Source: Phaeosaccion multiseriatum
Taxonomy: Eukaryota > Protista > Ochrophyta, other classes
Length of the DNA stretch: 64,000 nt
Direction: 5' to 3'
NCBI GenBank assembly: GCA_965112735.1
Contig: OZ218964.1
Coordinates: forward strand, 2,232,001-2,296,000
Shown here: positions 22,033 to 35,985 of the stretch, in pieces
Layout of the letters: the number at the start of each line of letters is the position of its first letter
How positions within the stretch are numbered: the first letter of the stretch is position 1
Program-made: the position numbers and the translations under genes
Notes under the pieces: model-generated
What the model was told of the DNA's origin: nothing
Seen by the model: the letters and a program-made list of their open reading frames with translations, nothing else
Databases searched by the model: none

Positions 22033-23862
22033 ATGCCTTCGGGCACAACCAGCGAGGGCGATGCTCCAGCAAGGGACACCCTTGTCATGGGTACGTTAGA
22101 ACCCTCGACGACACAGACAGCACACGCTTCTGACTGTGCTTGGGTGTGCTGCTTTGCTGCTTGTGTCCTGCGTGGGCTGACTGCTTGTGCCGACGAATGC
22201 TGTGCTCTGCCCTGCGGCCTCTCTCCCTCCCTCCCTCCCTCTCTTTCTCACTCACTTACTCACTCACTCACTTACCCATTCACTCACTCACTCGCTCACT
22301 CACTCACTCACTCACTCATTCAGTCACTCCCCCCTTCCCTCCCTCACTGACACACTCACTCACTCCTTCACTCGTTTTCACCCCCCCTCCCTCCCTCACG
22401 ACACACTCACCCCCTCACTCACTCACTCACTCACTCACTCACTCACTCCCCCCCTCCCTCCCTCAATGACACACTCACTCCCTCACTCGCTCCCCTTCCC
22501 AGTGGCCAAGGTGCCCACCAAGGGCCGCTCTAAGACGCGCCTCATCCCCACTTTCGGAGAGGAAGGAGCGCTGCGCATAGCTCGAGCCCTGCTGCGGGAC
22601 TGTCTCAATACCTTCGGACACTCGGTAAGCCGCCCCCGCTGGCTTTCTCGAGGGAGGGAGGGAGGGAGGCAGGGAGGGCAACAGTGTGCAGACCCTCCTC
22701 CAGTGAGCTGAGCTGAGCTTGATCGCTATTTGTGTATATGCCTTGTGCCTTGTACCTTGTGCATTCAGACCGACTTGGCAGCGGTCCGTAAAGTTCTCCT
22801 CTTCGCTCCCCGAGAGGCCGAGGCCGAGCTGTGGGCCCTCCTTGACACTCTAGGTGGGTGAGTGGTTGAGTGGGTGAGTGGGTGAGTGGGTCGGTGGGTC
22901 GGTGAGTGGGTCGGTGGGTCGGTGGGTCGGTGGGTCTGTGGGTGGATGTAAGAGAGAGGGGGGGGGCTAGTGTGCCAGCACAGGGGGTGGTGGGGGTGTT
23001 CTGTTTGACATTCTATGCATTCAGTGATGCGTGTCAGGACACAGGATAGGTGTGCGTGTTGAGCTTGACACTTGAGCTTGACACTAAGGCTCTGCCGCCT
23101 GCTTGACACTTGAGCACTGCCGCCTGCTTGACACTAAGGCTCTGCCGCCTGCTTGTCACTAGGGCTCTGCCGTCTGCTTGACACTAGCTCTGTCGCCTGC
23201 TTGACACTAGCTGTGTCGCTTGCCTACGCCCAAAACACTTCTTCGCAGGCCTGAGCGCGGCGTGGGAGGCACGACCCATGCTTTCCTCCTCCCCCCCTGG
23301 GGCCTCTTCCCCGGGGGCGCTGACTTCGAGCGACTTATCGGACATTCTCGAGGATGCACTCGCGCAAGTTCGACAGGTTGGGGGGAAGTGGAGGCATACG
23401 GGGAGGGAGGTGGGAGATATTAGAGGCATATGGGCGAGGGGTGGAGGGGGGGGAGGAACAGGAGCTGGACATTCCTCATTCGAGGCACCCCCCTCCCCTC
23501 CCCCCGACAAGCCCCCCCGTCACGCTCCTCCCTTCGCTCTACCCTTCCTCTTCCTTCTCTCTCTCTTCTCTCATCTCCCGCTCCCTCTCCTCTTCTCTGT
23601 TTCTCCCTGTCTCTCTCCTCTATCTCTCTCTCCCTCTCCCTCTCCCTCTCTCTCTCTTTGTGTGTGTCTCTCTCCCTCTCTCTCTCTCTCAGACCAGCGC
23701 TGGGCCGATTGCCTTTGTAGGCATGGACACCCCCGAGCTCCCCCCCCGGGAAGTGCTGACGTCACTGTCCTGTGCTGGCAGGGGCCATGCCTACATCAGC
23801 CCCGCGGCGGACGGGGGGTATTCGCTCCTCGCCCTGCCGGAGGGAGTAGGGGAGGGCGCCTT

Positions 23863-23922
<60 letters not shown>

Positions 23923-25129
23923 CGAGTGCGGACTGTTGGTAATGCCCAGCGGAGGAGACATACAGACACTCCCAGGGGGTTACGGAGGCACGAGGGGGTT
24001 ACAGTCTGCCCACAGTCTGCTCACAGTGTGGTCACAGTCTGGTCACAGTCTGGTCATAGTCTGGTCCCAGTCTGGAAGTATCATTGTCCGTTGCGCCTTA
24101 AGCTATAATGGGCTCTAGACAGCGTTCGTTCTCGTCTAGCGCAAGCAAATGACGCCCCAATCAAGATAGGCCTGTCGTCTTTTCTGAAACGCCTGAAACG
24201 CTCGCATGCCCATTCCCTTCCCAGGGGAGTGGTGTGGTCCGACGCGTGTACGTGCGTGTCGCAGATGCAAGCACTGAGCAAACAGGGGCTGCTTATGCAG
24301 GCAAGTGGCAAGGCTGAGGAGGGAGGGGGTGAGGGGGGTGAGGGAAGGGATGGGCGGGTGAGGGGGGTGAGGAGAGAGAGGGAGGTGGAGAAGGGAAGAG
24401 TGGGGCTGCCCGTTTGAGGGAGAAGCGGGAAGCGGACGTTGCCCCGCTCCTGTTTTGCGGCTGTATTGTCTCTTCTGGTGTTTTTCGTGTTTTTGGCTCT
24501 CTACTACTGCCGTTGGGTCTCGCTGGTGCTGCTGCTGCTGTAGCGGTTGGCTCTCCCCTTTGTACGCCAACCCTCAGTTCAATGCCTTGCTGTGGACACA
24601 CACATGCTACACAAGTGCGTGCGTGGGTGCGTGCGTGCGTGCCTTTCCCTGACGCGTTCATTGCCATCCCCTGCCATCCCCTGTCCAGGTGGGCGCCACT
24701 TTCAATGACATGGACACCGCCGCCGACCTCGCGGGGCTCGTACGCCGTCTCACAAAGGATGGAGCCCTCAGTGGGGGTGGGGCCCTCAGTGGGGGTGGAG
24801 CCCTCGGCCAAGACAGCCAAGAGCGCAAGCCGAGGGGTGTGGCGGGGGGCGAGGACGAGGACGAGAAGGACGAGGACAAGGAGCAGGACGAGGACGATGA
24901 TTTGCCTTCGCCAGCCCACATGGGGTCCTCTCCTGCCCCCTGCACGCTCGAGGTCGGTCTGACCCACTCAGTCGCTAGTTGGGGTCCCCAGCTGACACGC
25001 TCACTCCAAGACCGAGTGCTCCACTTCCTCTCTTCTCTTCTAACCCCCTCCCTCCCCCACCCCCACCATCCACTGCCATCCCCTTCCTTCTCCTCCCTGC
25101 CCTCTTCAGGCCGCGACGGCCGCCATTGA
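22033..25129 (+). CDS. DUF2064 / TIGR04282-family CofC-like glycosyltransferase (arsenosugar/rSAM-selenodomain-associated type)
   Basis: Exons 22033-22090, 22503-22624, 22769-22853, 23249-23376, 23693-23865, 24225-24300 and 24689-25129 give TLVMVAKVPTKGRSKTRL, FVGMDTPELP, ISPAADGGYSLLAL, FRGVVWS and FNDMDTAADL, the hallmark motifs of this family. Confidence 0.82.
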
Positions 25130-25653
25130 GGAAGCTTGCGCAAGAGGGAGTTTTGCTGTTAGAGAAGTGTAGACCTTAAGCTGACACTCCTTCGTGAGCG
25201 CACGCGGCGGCATTTGCGAGCATACGACTCGTCAGCTCCAGCAGGGTAACCAAGCTTGTGTGCGTGTGTGCGTGTGGACGGCAGGGGACAAGACACCATA
25301 CACAATATCAACATCAGTGCCTTTTACTATACATTGAACACATCGCCATCCATGCTCTGTTCCCATATGCCTCTTCTCTGCTCCAGCTCCAGCAGTGCCG
25401 TACCCTGTCTATATACCTCTACTCTGATCAGGCCTATGTGCCTCTTCTCTGCTCAGCAGCGCCGTTTCCTCCTGCTTCGCGACGACAGCCTCGCCCCTCC
25501 GTCCCTCCCCTCCCTCACTCTTTGAGCGAAAACAGGAGCAGATCAAAAGCGCTGGAAAGGGGCGTGGCCAGCGTCAGGCACTCACGCATTCACGAATCAC
25601 GCACGCACTCACAAAGCGCCTTATCGTATGGTGCCATCCTTGCCCCCCCTGGG

Positions 25654-28600
25654 TCACGCATTGGGCCCTGCCTGCCCTCCTCCCCCGCCAGGCAGAGCGG
25701 CTCCCCCTACCCACAGCCCTTGACTCGTGGTGGCGGCCTGCCCAGAGAGCGTCACTCTGCCCTCCGCCTTCCTCAGCTCCGTGAGGACGAAGCCTCCACT
25801 AGCAGAGGCCTGGAACCCGACAAGAGACGTCCTGTGTGTGTGTGTGTGTGTGTGTTTGGGGGGAGGGGGGGGGGCACAGAAAGCGGGGCGGTCGCGGTGG
25901 AGGGGGGTGAGATGGAGGGGGGGAGAGGGGAAAGGAGGGGGGGGGGTGGGGGAAGGAGAGGATAGGAGAGGACAGAAGGGGAGGGGAGGGGAGGAGAGAA
26001 GGAGAGAGGAGGGGAGACGAGACGAGAGGGGAGGAGACGAGAGGAGAGGGGAAGAGACCCAGAGGCCTCTCCCGCTCTGTCCCCACCCCTCCTCTCTCTC
26101 TCCCTCCCTCGTTTCCTCCTCCCCACTCTCTCTAGTCCTGCCTCTCCTACCCCCCCACCCACCCACCCACCCACCTATCCACCCGCCCACCTGCCCACCC
26201 ACCTACCTACCCACCTGCCTAACTTGGCTGCCCAGTACGGACAGAGGCCGCAATGAGCCGATCCCGTCACCGGGTCCTCGTCGATGCCGAAGCGTGGGAA
26301 GAAGCAGCGGCTCAAGAAGTCCGCCCCTGTGCCCCTGCTGCTGCCGCTGTACGCCCCCCCTGCCTCCTCTGCACCCGCCCCCGAACCCCCTCCCTCACAG
26401 GTCACGACGATGCCCCGGCTCACCACCTTGCCCAGCACCCCAAACGACGGTTTCAATCCTCGCATAAACGAGTCTCTAGAGACGTGCACGAGCATATCGA
26501 GTCTGTTCCGCCCCGCGAAGAGGATGTCTTGCGCCTGCAGGCCCAGCCCAAGAGCAACGGTTTCCACGTCCTCGTGGCCGCTCGGAAGGGCCTCTCCCAC
26601 CTCTTCTGCGGGGAAGTCCAATTCGATCCACCACACCCCTTTCTCTCCCTCTTTCCCTTCCTCCTCCTCCTCCTCCTCCTCCTCCTGCTCCGCTTCTCCC
26701 TCCTCCTCCTCCTTCTCCTCTCCCCCCTCCTCCTCCGCCCTCCTCCTCCTCCTCCTCCGCCGCCGCCGCCTGCAGGTGAGCACACCGCTCAGTGTGTGGA
26801 AGCGAATCGACTGTGCCGATCCCACTCGCCCGCTCGTCCATAGAGCGTGGGCTGCAAACAGATGGCAACAGATGGCAGCAGATGGCAGTACGCACACGCA
26901 TACACACACACACACGCGGTAGAACATGGTGTCAGCAGGCAAGCGCTTGGTGTCAGGTCTCAGGTCAGCGCACCGTGGCGAGAAACGAATGCCCGTGTGA
27001 GCAAAGCATGTACTAAGTACTTGGTGTCAGCAAAGCATGTATTTGGTGTCAGCAAAGCATGTCCTTGGTGTCAGCAAACCATGTGCTTGGTGTCCATCAG
27101 GTTCCCAGGCACCGCACGTACCTGCGGCGAGCGTCGCGTGTCCACAGAGGTCCACCTCCGCAGCCGGCGTGAACCACCGCAGCCGATAGCTCTGACTACT
27201 GCTACTGTCACCACCACCACCGCCACTGCTGCTGCTGCTGCTGTGCTTTGCGAGCTCCTCATCGTCCTCCTGCAGGCCGGGCACGAGCAGCTGCAGGAAG
27301 GCAGTCTCACTGAGCTTCATCTCGGCAGCCACACGCTGCATCCAGCCGCTCTGGTCAGCGCTGGGTAGAGGCATATGGGGGGGGGGAGGGGTCCTTGAGG
27401 CACCCACCAGAGGGGAGGGCGGGGGAGGAGGATGTTGACATGTTCGGGCCGCCCTCCCCGTCCCTTCCCTTACGTATCCTTCCTCTCTAAAGATAAGGAG
27501 TCAGAATGCTTACGAATGCTTACATACCGTCCGCTCCTCTCACTGACTTACTCTAAGCGCTACTATCACGGACTGCTTGACTTGTCACTGACTTACGCGC
27601 TTGCGTGTCCGCTTCCATGGGAGAAGAAGACAGCCGCTTGGTTGCCCTCGAAAGCCCTCTGCGCGAAGGCGTCCACCTAGGCCCGACCAGGAGGAGGGTG
27701 GGACAAAGCGTGAGGGCGAGGATAAACGTGAGGGTGAGGATGAGGGCGAGGGTTAAGCGAAGGTTTAAGCGAGGGGCTTCAGTGTAAGCGAAGGGCTAAG
27801 TGAAGGGGAGGGCATCGACGTGTGACGGAGGCAGCTTCGACTTCTAACACACACACACGACAAACATACACAGAGAGAGACAGAGAGACCGAGACAGACA
27901 CCCCCCCCCCCCCCCCCGAAACATGGAGGTAGAAAGAGAGAGACAGAGAGTAGCGTTTGGTCAATGCGTACCTGCATCCACTCCAGCGCTCTTGGGGGCT
28001 GCTCGTGAAGCGACATCTTCATCTCAAACCAAGGGTCTCTGTCACGGATAACAAACCAGGGGTCAGTAAGTCAGGGAGGGAGGGAGGGAGGGTGACGGTG
28101 ACGGTGGGGGTGAGGGTGAGGGTGAGAGTGGGGGTGAGTGTGAGGGTGAGGGTGAAGGAGGGAGGGAGGGTGAAGCGGAGGGTGAGGGAGGGAGGGAGGG
28201 AGGGAGGGAGGGAGAGGGACGTACGGCACTTAGCGCGCGATGTGCCCGCACCGTACTGCACCCCCACCTCCTCGTCTCGTCGCGCCTTCCCATATGACTC
28301 TAATGTACCCTCTCCCGTACGCCTCTCGTTCCCCTCCCTCCCTCTCTCCCTCTCTCTCTCACACACTCTCTCTCCGTCCCTCTCCCTCTCTCTCTCTCTC
28401 TCCCTGCCTCGCTCCCTCCCTCTCCCTCCCTCCCTCCCTCCCTCCCATATGCCTCTAATGTAATGCGGGCACCCACCTGCCATGCACGACGGAGCTGAGG
28501 CCCACGAGTCGGAAGCCGCATTGGGCGTAAAAGCCCAACAAGGGGGCCTTGGCGATGAGTAGAATCCGGTCCAGCCCAGCCATCTGTGAACAAAGAGATG

Positions 28601-29973
28601 GGAGGGCACCCACGCACGCACGCATGCCCACACGCACAGGGTGGGAGGGAGGGAGGATGGTAGGGATATTAGAGGCATATGGCAAGGTGGGGGGGGGGGG
28701 GGTGGCTTGAGAGTGTGACCCTCCGAGCCGCTTGGAAGGGGGTTGACCATTGAGCATTGCATTGCATGTGCATGGGCCCACGCCGACTTGGAGTCCGCCC
28801 CACCCCTATTAGGCTTTGGCCGCCACGTACACACTTGGGACGAGCGCCTCTCCTTCAATCTTCATGTGTTGGGGGCATGTATTGGGTACCCCACACAAGG
28901 CCCCCAAGCCCACATACCTGTGCCATGGTCTCGATATAGGCCCTCATGAGTCCCGTGGCCTGTCCGCCCCTTCGGCGGTCCTCCCTGGTGACTACGGAAT
29001 GAATGCACAGGGTGCGCCCCCCGGGGGAGTGCGTGGCCATGGTGTCGTGCGTGAGGGTCGATCCAAAGCACAGCGTGCCGCAGATATAGGCGACCAGTGG
29101 GGCGTCTCCCGGGGAAGGGGTGGTAGAGGCAGGAGAGTCAGTAGAGGAGCTTTGGGTTTGCTCGAAGGCGCCAAGGAAGTGCTCTCCCTGCAGCAGAGGC
29201 GTTGGTCGACGGCATCCGGACATGTGATGCAGAGGTGTGTGTGTGTGTTTGTGTGGAGAGTGAGAGAGAGTGAGAGACTTCAGAGGCACTTCGGGTGCAT
29301 GCAGGGGTGTTCAGAGCAGCTGGATCGATCCAACGGAGTCTGAGCCGTGCCCTCTGTGGATGACAGCTTGTGCTCGTGCCCTTCCCGGTAGGGGGTTTCA
29401 CGGCTCAAACGCTGTGAACGCGATGGTGAGGGACTCAGACTGAGTAGCGAGCGCTACATGCCGCATGCGCTTCCAATCGACTGAGTAGGTGCAGAAGTAG
29501 TAGGAGAAGAGTTGACTGCACTGTCCTCTGACACTGTCTCTACTCTCACCGCGCTTTGTTGTCTCAAGGTGAGCGCGTCCAGGGAGGCCGCCTCGTCCTC
29601 TGGATAAGAAGCCTTCTCCATAGCAAAGGCCTCCTCCAGGCGACTCGCTGGGAGGCGCCGCACACATACCTGTAGTGCAGCACAATACGAGGATAGTTGT
29701 AAGCAGAGGGGGGGGGGGGCAAAAAAGACAAGAGAAGGTGGCCGGGTGTGTTTGTGGGGGGGTGAAAGGGGGGGTACAAGGTAGGTTTTCCGAGAAGGGG
29801 AGTGAGTGGGCATCTGACCCTTTGGGACTCGCTCTTTCCAATCAAGTCTTCCTCCTTCCTTGCGAGTGGGAGCTTCCATTTTTTTCTTCCCACCTCACCT
29901 GCAATCGCCGGAGGTCGCGCAGCACCTCTCGAGAGAGGTTCAAGGAGGAAGCTGAGTCGCTCGCAGCAGCCAT
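25654..29973 (-). CDS. Fusion of an AANAT/PAA1-like GNAT acetyltransferase and a PhzF/PBLD-family isomerase
   Basis: N-terminal exons: MEKASYPEDEAAS, TLCIHSVVTREDRRRGGQATGLM, LLIAKAPLLGFYAQCGF, HGRDPWFEM. C-terminal exons: QVDAFAQRAFEGNQAAV, AAEMKLSETAF, LRWFTPAAEVDLCGHATLAA, FPRFGIDEDPVTGSAHC, GFQASASGG...RVTLSGQA. No stop lies between the two domains in the spliced model. Confidence 0.8.
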
Positions 29974-31334
29974 AATCTTCGATGTTTTTGATGTTTTTTG
30001 TGTGATTCACACCTCGAAGTATCCTCCGCGCGGAAAATGGCGACGGCAGATTACAACACGCTTGGATGGCAGTGTATGGCGCTCTCCTCCTTTTAAATCC
30101 TCTCTCTGCTCTCGGGCCTTGCTGCTTTCGTCATTGTTTTCGCTTTCTGGGCTGACCAAAGAGGTCCACGCTTGCCCCTCCGCCATCAAAACTGTCGCGC
30201 GATCCCCCGGGCGGTGAGGGGGGAGGGGAAAGAGGACTGAAATAATTTGTCACATTCTATTGTTGCATCCTCCCTCCATGATGGACCCTCTTTTCTCTTC
30301 TCTTCTCTCTCATAGGGCAGCTCTGCAGCTCCTCACTGACTGACAAGTCGGCGACGGTTTCGTTTCCTCTCCGCTGCGCCGTCTGTCTTTCCTGTCTATC
30401 GGTACATTCCTATCGGCGCGCGCGCGTGCGTGCGTGCGTGCGTGCGTGCCCCATGCCCACCTGTTGGCCGTCCGTCTCACCATCTGTGTGGGTATACTCC
30501 CTGTGATATCTCTCCCTTCCCCTTCCCATGGCAGCGTTACCTTGGCTGCCCCCGTCCTCCCCTCCGCCCACCGACATGAACTACTCGATCACTTCAACCA
30601 CTTCTAGCGTACAGTATGCAAGTGCATTGCCTTACAAGGAACACCCCACAGCACCATCAGCAGCAGCGAACACTGACTGCACAACGAACAAAACAAAACA
30701 AAACAGAACAGAACAGAACAGAACAGAACAGAACAGAACAAACGAATAGAACATAAAAGAACAAAGAAAAGAACAAATACAAAAATATTACAAAAGAAAG
30801 AGTGGGTCCGTCCGGCTGGCTGGGTCCGAGGGGTGTGTCGAGTCAAGTCCAGCAGTGACGGGTCCCGATCGCGACCTCGCCCTCCCTTCGGGGTCCATAG
30901 TCTTCCTGCTCCACTCGACGCTCTGCTTGACAGCTCTGCTTGACTGCTTCGCTCCCAAGCCGTCTGACACAAGTCAGCCGGAGCGAGGCTACCCCTTCAA
31001 AGCAAAGTGAAGCTGAGCAATGGCAAAGTTGTCAGCTGCCCCCAGCTGCCTAGGAGCCAACTAAGCCCCCGAGACGACCGCAAGTGGGTGGGCTTGACGG
31101 TGGTGGTGGCGGTAATGGTGATGGTGATGGTCATGGTGATGGTGATGGTCATGGTGGCCATGATGATGTGATGGTGGTGGTGGTGATGATGATGTGACGT
31201 CGGCAGGGTGTTGGCTGTGCGACGGACGGACGGACGGACGGACGTGCCTTCGCTGCCTGGCCCTGTATACCGTGCTCGGCCCTCCGAATCTCTCTGGCTG
31301 AGGCCAAGTGGGTGAGTCTCTTCCTTTCTGGCAG

Positions 31335-34300
31335 TTACTGGCCGTCGCACATGATGACGTGAGCCTTGTAGAAGTCGCTCTGTGTGCAGGCAGGCGGGCA
31401 ATGGAGGAAGGGGGAGATGGAGGGGGGGCAGGCATAGAGGAGGAGAGAGAGAGAGAGAGAGAGAGGAGCGGAGCAAGAGGAGGGCAGGGGGGGTCAGGCC
31501 GTTGAAGGCGGAGGCGAAGGCGAGGCCTCCAAGCACAGATTGTGAAAGAACCAAGTCCAGACAGGACGAGCGAGTGCGATCTGACTCACACACACACACA
31601 CTCACACACACACACACGCACACACACACACCGTCGGAGAAATGGACCTCTCTCTCGCGACCCCCCCTCCTCTTCGCTCAACCTCTGCCTCCCTCCCTCT
31701 GCAGTACCAACCAATCCCACCCCTGTCCTTCTCTCCTTCTCTCCTCCTCTCCTCTCCTCCTCTCCTCCTCTCCTCCTCTCCTCCTCTCCTCCTCTCCTCC
31801 TCTCCTCCTCTCCTCCCTACTCACCTCCCTCGTGATGCCCTTATCGGCAAGCGCCTTGTTGGTCCAGCACGTTCGACAGTCTTGCTCGACCCCAAAGATG
31901 TTGCATTCGTAACCGTTCTTGGTGGGGGGGACGGCAGAGCAGCCGGGGTCGCACAGCATCTGAGGGACGGAGAGGGTAGGGAGGGAGGAGGGGTGGAAGA
32001 AGCGTATGTACGTATGTAGTGTCAGACGAAGGTGCCAGATACTCAGTAAGTCAGTGAGCCTATCAGTCACTCACTCAGTCAGTCACTCACTCAGTCACTC
32101 AGTCACTCAGTCACTCACTCAGTCACTCACTCAGTCAGTCAGTCAGTCACTCAGTCACTCACTCAGGCAGTCAGTAAGTGAGTCAGGCAGGAAGGCAGTC
32201 AGTCGGTCAAACCGCACACGCGCAAGTACTCGCAGAGGGCGGAGGGGAAGTGGAGGGAGGCGAAGGATGAAGGACACCATACGACAAACGACCAAAGCCA
32301 TCCCCTCGTCTACGCCACCCCCTTGTAAATTACATGGATTGGTCACTGCATACGATAGGGCCGAACAACGAAGGGTAAGGGAGAGGACTGTGGCGTCGAC
32401 TCACCTCCTTGCCCCAGATGTTGAGTGCGTGAAGATCGGCGCTGCGGATCTTCTGCACACAGTCGTCGGCAGTTGTGCAGGAGCCGCCGCCACCGCCGCC
32501 ACCGCCGCCACCGCCACCACCGCCACCGCCGCCCCCGCCGCCCCCCGCTGGGCCAGGGGCACCAGGGCCGGAAGGACGGGCAGGAGGAGGAGAACGAACA
32601 GGGGCACTGGGCGGCACAGCGGCGACGGGGGGAGCCGTGGGTGGAGACGTGGGTGGCGGGGTGGACGGTGACGTGGGTTGAGGGGTGGGCGGTGACGTGG
32701 GTTGAGGGGTGGGCGGTGACGTGGGTTGAGGGGCCGGGGCGGGGGCGGGAAGGGTCACAGGCCCCAGGGGGGCGGAACTGGGGGAGGCCGTGGTCATCTG
32801 AGAGGTGTATGGGTACGGGCGGAGGGGCAGTTGAGGGGAGGAGCTGAGTTGCCGGGGTGGACGACGGGAGGGGAAGTGAGGGGAAGGAGCGTGAGTTTGA
32901 TTGCGTGCGTGCGTGCGTCTGTGCGTGCGTGCATGTGAGCATGCCTGCGGTGCATTTCTCCCTCTCTCTCCCCTTCTCCCTCTCTCTCCCTCCCTCGCCC
33001 CCTCTTTCACGCCGTCTCCCTCGCCACACTTCCCTACCTGGTTGTAGAGCTGCTTGGCTTGCTTGTGCTTGAGTTTCTTGCCCGCCTTCGCCAGGACGGC
33101 TTCCGACTCGCCGTTCTCGAGGCTGCGAATGATGGCGCTTAGATCGACGTCGTGGCTTCGGCTGCCATCGTCGGCATGCGCTGGGCACACAATGCAATCG
33201 TCCTCAGAGTCTTCAGTACAGCCTGTTGGGTTCGGTTATGATGGATGAAGGCGTGTGGGGTGTGGGGAGGGAGGCAGGGGCAGAGGGAGAGAGGGAGGGA
33301 GAGGAGGGGAGAGGAGAGGAGAGGGAAGCAAGGACAGAGGGAGAGAGAGGGGGGAGGGGAGAGAAGGGTGTGAGAAAGAGAGCAGAGCACTGATCATCCC
33401 TACACGAGCTTCTGCAATGGACGAAGAGCTGAGGAGGCCAACAGAAAGGAGAGCACTCATACATACATCGTTCTTCTCCCTCATCACTCCCGCTCGTGCG
33501 TGTAAATGTGTACATACGTGCATGTGTGTGTGCATATGTGTGTATGCGTGTGTGCGTGTATGTGTCAGTGCGTACCTTCTCCACAGGCGGTGCAGCCGAA
33601 CAATTTGGTCTCTCCGAAGGTGCACTGGAAGGGATCGCCGAACTCGTCGCACTCCGTGTCGCACACAAAGAGGAGCTTCTCCACATTGAGCTGGTCCAGC
33701 GTGCTGTCAGAGGCCTCTCCGTAGCAGTCCAGCGCAGTGTGGCAGGCGAACTCTGTCGGGAATGGAGTAAGGGAGGGAGGGAGGGAGGGAGGGAGGGAGG
33801 GAGGGAGGGAGGGAGGGAAGGAGGGAGGGACGATATGAGCTGGAGCACACTGAAGGGGATGCTTGACGAGAGCGGGAGGCGTTGGTGGATGGCGATGCTG
33901 AGTGGTCCAGGACTAATGGACGCCTGGTCCGCCCATTGAGATGCTGAGTGGTCCAGGACTAATGGACGCCTAGTCCGCCCATTGGGTGCCTCTATTTTCT
34001 TCTTCTCTACTCGCTCTCCGCCACATTTCTCTCGTCTCTCTTTTCTCTCTGACCTCTGCTCGCTTCGCTATTTTATTGTTCTATCTGTTAATCCTGTCAT
34101 ATATTCCTTCTCTCCGCTCTCTGCTCTCTATCTCTCTCTCTCTCTCTCTCCGTCTCTCCCTCTCAATCTCTCCGTCCTTCTCTCTCCCTCCGTTTCTCTC
34201 TCGCTGTTCCCTCTCTCGCGCTCTCTCCCGTTCCTTTTGACTCTTGCTCTCAGAGTGGCAAATTCTTCCATATTGTTACTCCTGCAGCAATATGGAAGAA

Positions 34301-34412
34301 TTCATCGCTGCTGCTTGCCGCGACGAAGCTTGAAGGCTTGCTTACCTCTCGCCCGAAGGGCCGCAACCTGATGGGCCAGCGCCAAGCTGAGGAGGAGGAG
34401 CGCACGCACCAT
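31335..34412 (-). CDS. Secreted cysteine-rich protein with two CDPxC...CRxC-type domains and a Pro/Thr/Gly linker
   Basis: Signal peptide exon MVRALLLLSLALAHQVAA (34412-34346); domains ACHTALDCY...FVCDTEC...FGCTACGEGC...CIVCP and SCTTADDC...MLCDPGC...YECNIFGVEQDCRTC...MCDGQ*. Confidence 0.7.
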
Positions 34413-35343
34413 CTTGCAGGGTCCGCGTCGATTGAGCTGGCGAAGGGGACGGATTAAAGCGTATTGGCCGTATTAGTGTCCGACACATGGAGCAGTAGCG
34501 GCAGCAGTAGCGGCAGCAATGAGCCAAGGGTGGGACCAGCCAGAGGAGTGGACGCCGTGGATGCTCTCTCCTGCTCCACCTTTTCTCCCTCGCTCTGTCC
34601 CTCCCTCCTCCCCTTCCCCTCCCATTCGAGATCGGCCATCTACACCGAGTTTTCCGTCCGTCCTGAATCTTTCCACGCCAAACTTACCTTGGAAAGAGGG
34701 GATTATCGTCTGACGAGTAAGTGGGGGTTGGTCTAACAAGCACTGCCACTACCACTCACGACTGTTGTGTCACGATTGTGGATGGGGTATAGGGTCCTCA
34801 ATTAACTATTCTACAGCGTTTTGCGTTCTCCTATAAGCGTTACGCCCTCCTTTCAGTCTATTGGGGGGGGGGGGGGGGGTCGATAAGAGAACAATTTCTG
34901 TAACCGTTTCAGTATGTCACTGAGGATGCCCCCCCCCCCCCCAGGAGACGCATGGGCAAAAGAGGAAGAACGGATCGTTGAAAGGGTCCTGCTGCTGCTC
35001 CACTGTGGCTAGCCGCCGTAGCGCTGCGCCTGTTCTCTTGCAGAAGGGCGGGCAAGCTGCCCATGAGCGATTTCCGTGGCGTGCACATGCATCCCCCTTC
35101 TCCCCCCCCCGGGAAGGGGGTGCTGCTGCGGAAATGCTGACAACTACGGAAGGGAAGAGGCGATGAAAGCCGAAAGACCATGGATCGGTGGGCATCTCAA
35201 AGAGCTACACGAAGAGCTATTAGCGCTCCCAGCGTCATTTTCCGAAGAACGTGCAAAAAAAATGGGGGGGAAATCCGATTCTTACGCAAATCGAGTGTTA
35301 ATTAATATAATCAAATGGTCACCGCACTGGGGGCAACAAGCTT

Positions 35344-35383
<40 letters not shown>

Positions 35384-35985
35384 TTATAAGCTACCCGCCC
35401 GAGCGAGAGGAAGCCCTGTAGGTGTTTGATGTCTCACTCCAAGGGTGAGGTCATCATCGCCTTTGCTTGGGGCCTCCTTCCTTCCCCCTCCCAACTATAC
35501 TACACACGCACATGCGCACGCGCTCACACCACATTGACATGAAGAACATAGAATATCCCTATAAAAGAGACACATCTTGACAAGAATCTCCCCTATGAAA
35601 GAGACATATCTAGACTAGTCTAGACGAGCCGGCACCTCAGGGTGGCAAGGCACACCATTCAATGGTGCATTTCCATGATTCCGTGGAATGCCGTTCCAAA
35701 ACTGTGTGGATCCTTTCCCTCAGCCACTTCAGCTCTCGTAAGCGGCGCTCGACGGGGATGGCAGTAGACGGGTATCCCACCCACCCACCCACATACACAC
35801 CAGGCCCGCCCGCACGCCCTCCTCCCTTCCCCGTAATGTATACTATGGTACCTTACGTAATGTATACTATGGTACCTTACGTAATGTATACTATGGTACC
35901 TGGTGCAGGGGCAGCCCTCTCTCTCTCTCTCTCCTCGCTGCTTCTGCACCACCAACTGCTTTTGTTGCAGTTTCAGTTGGTTTGC

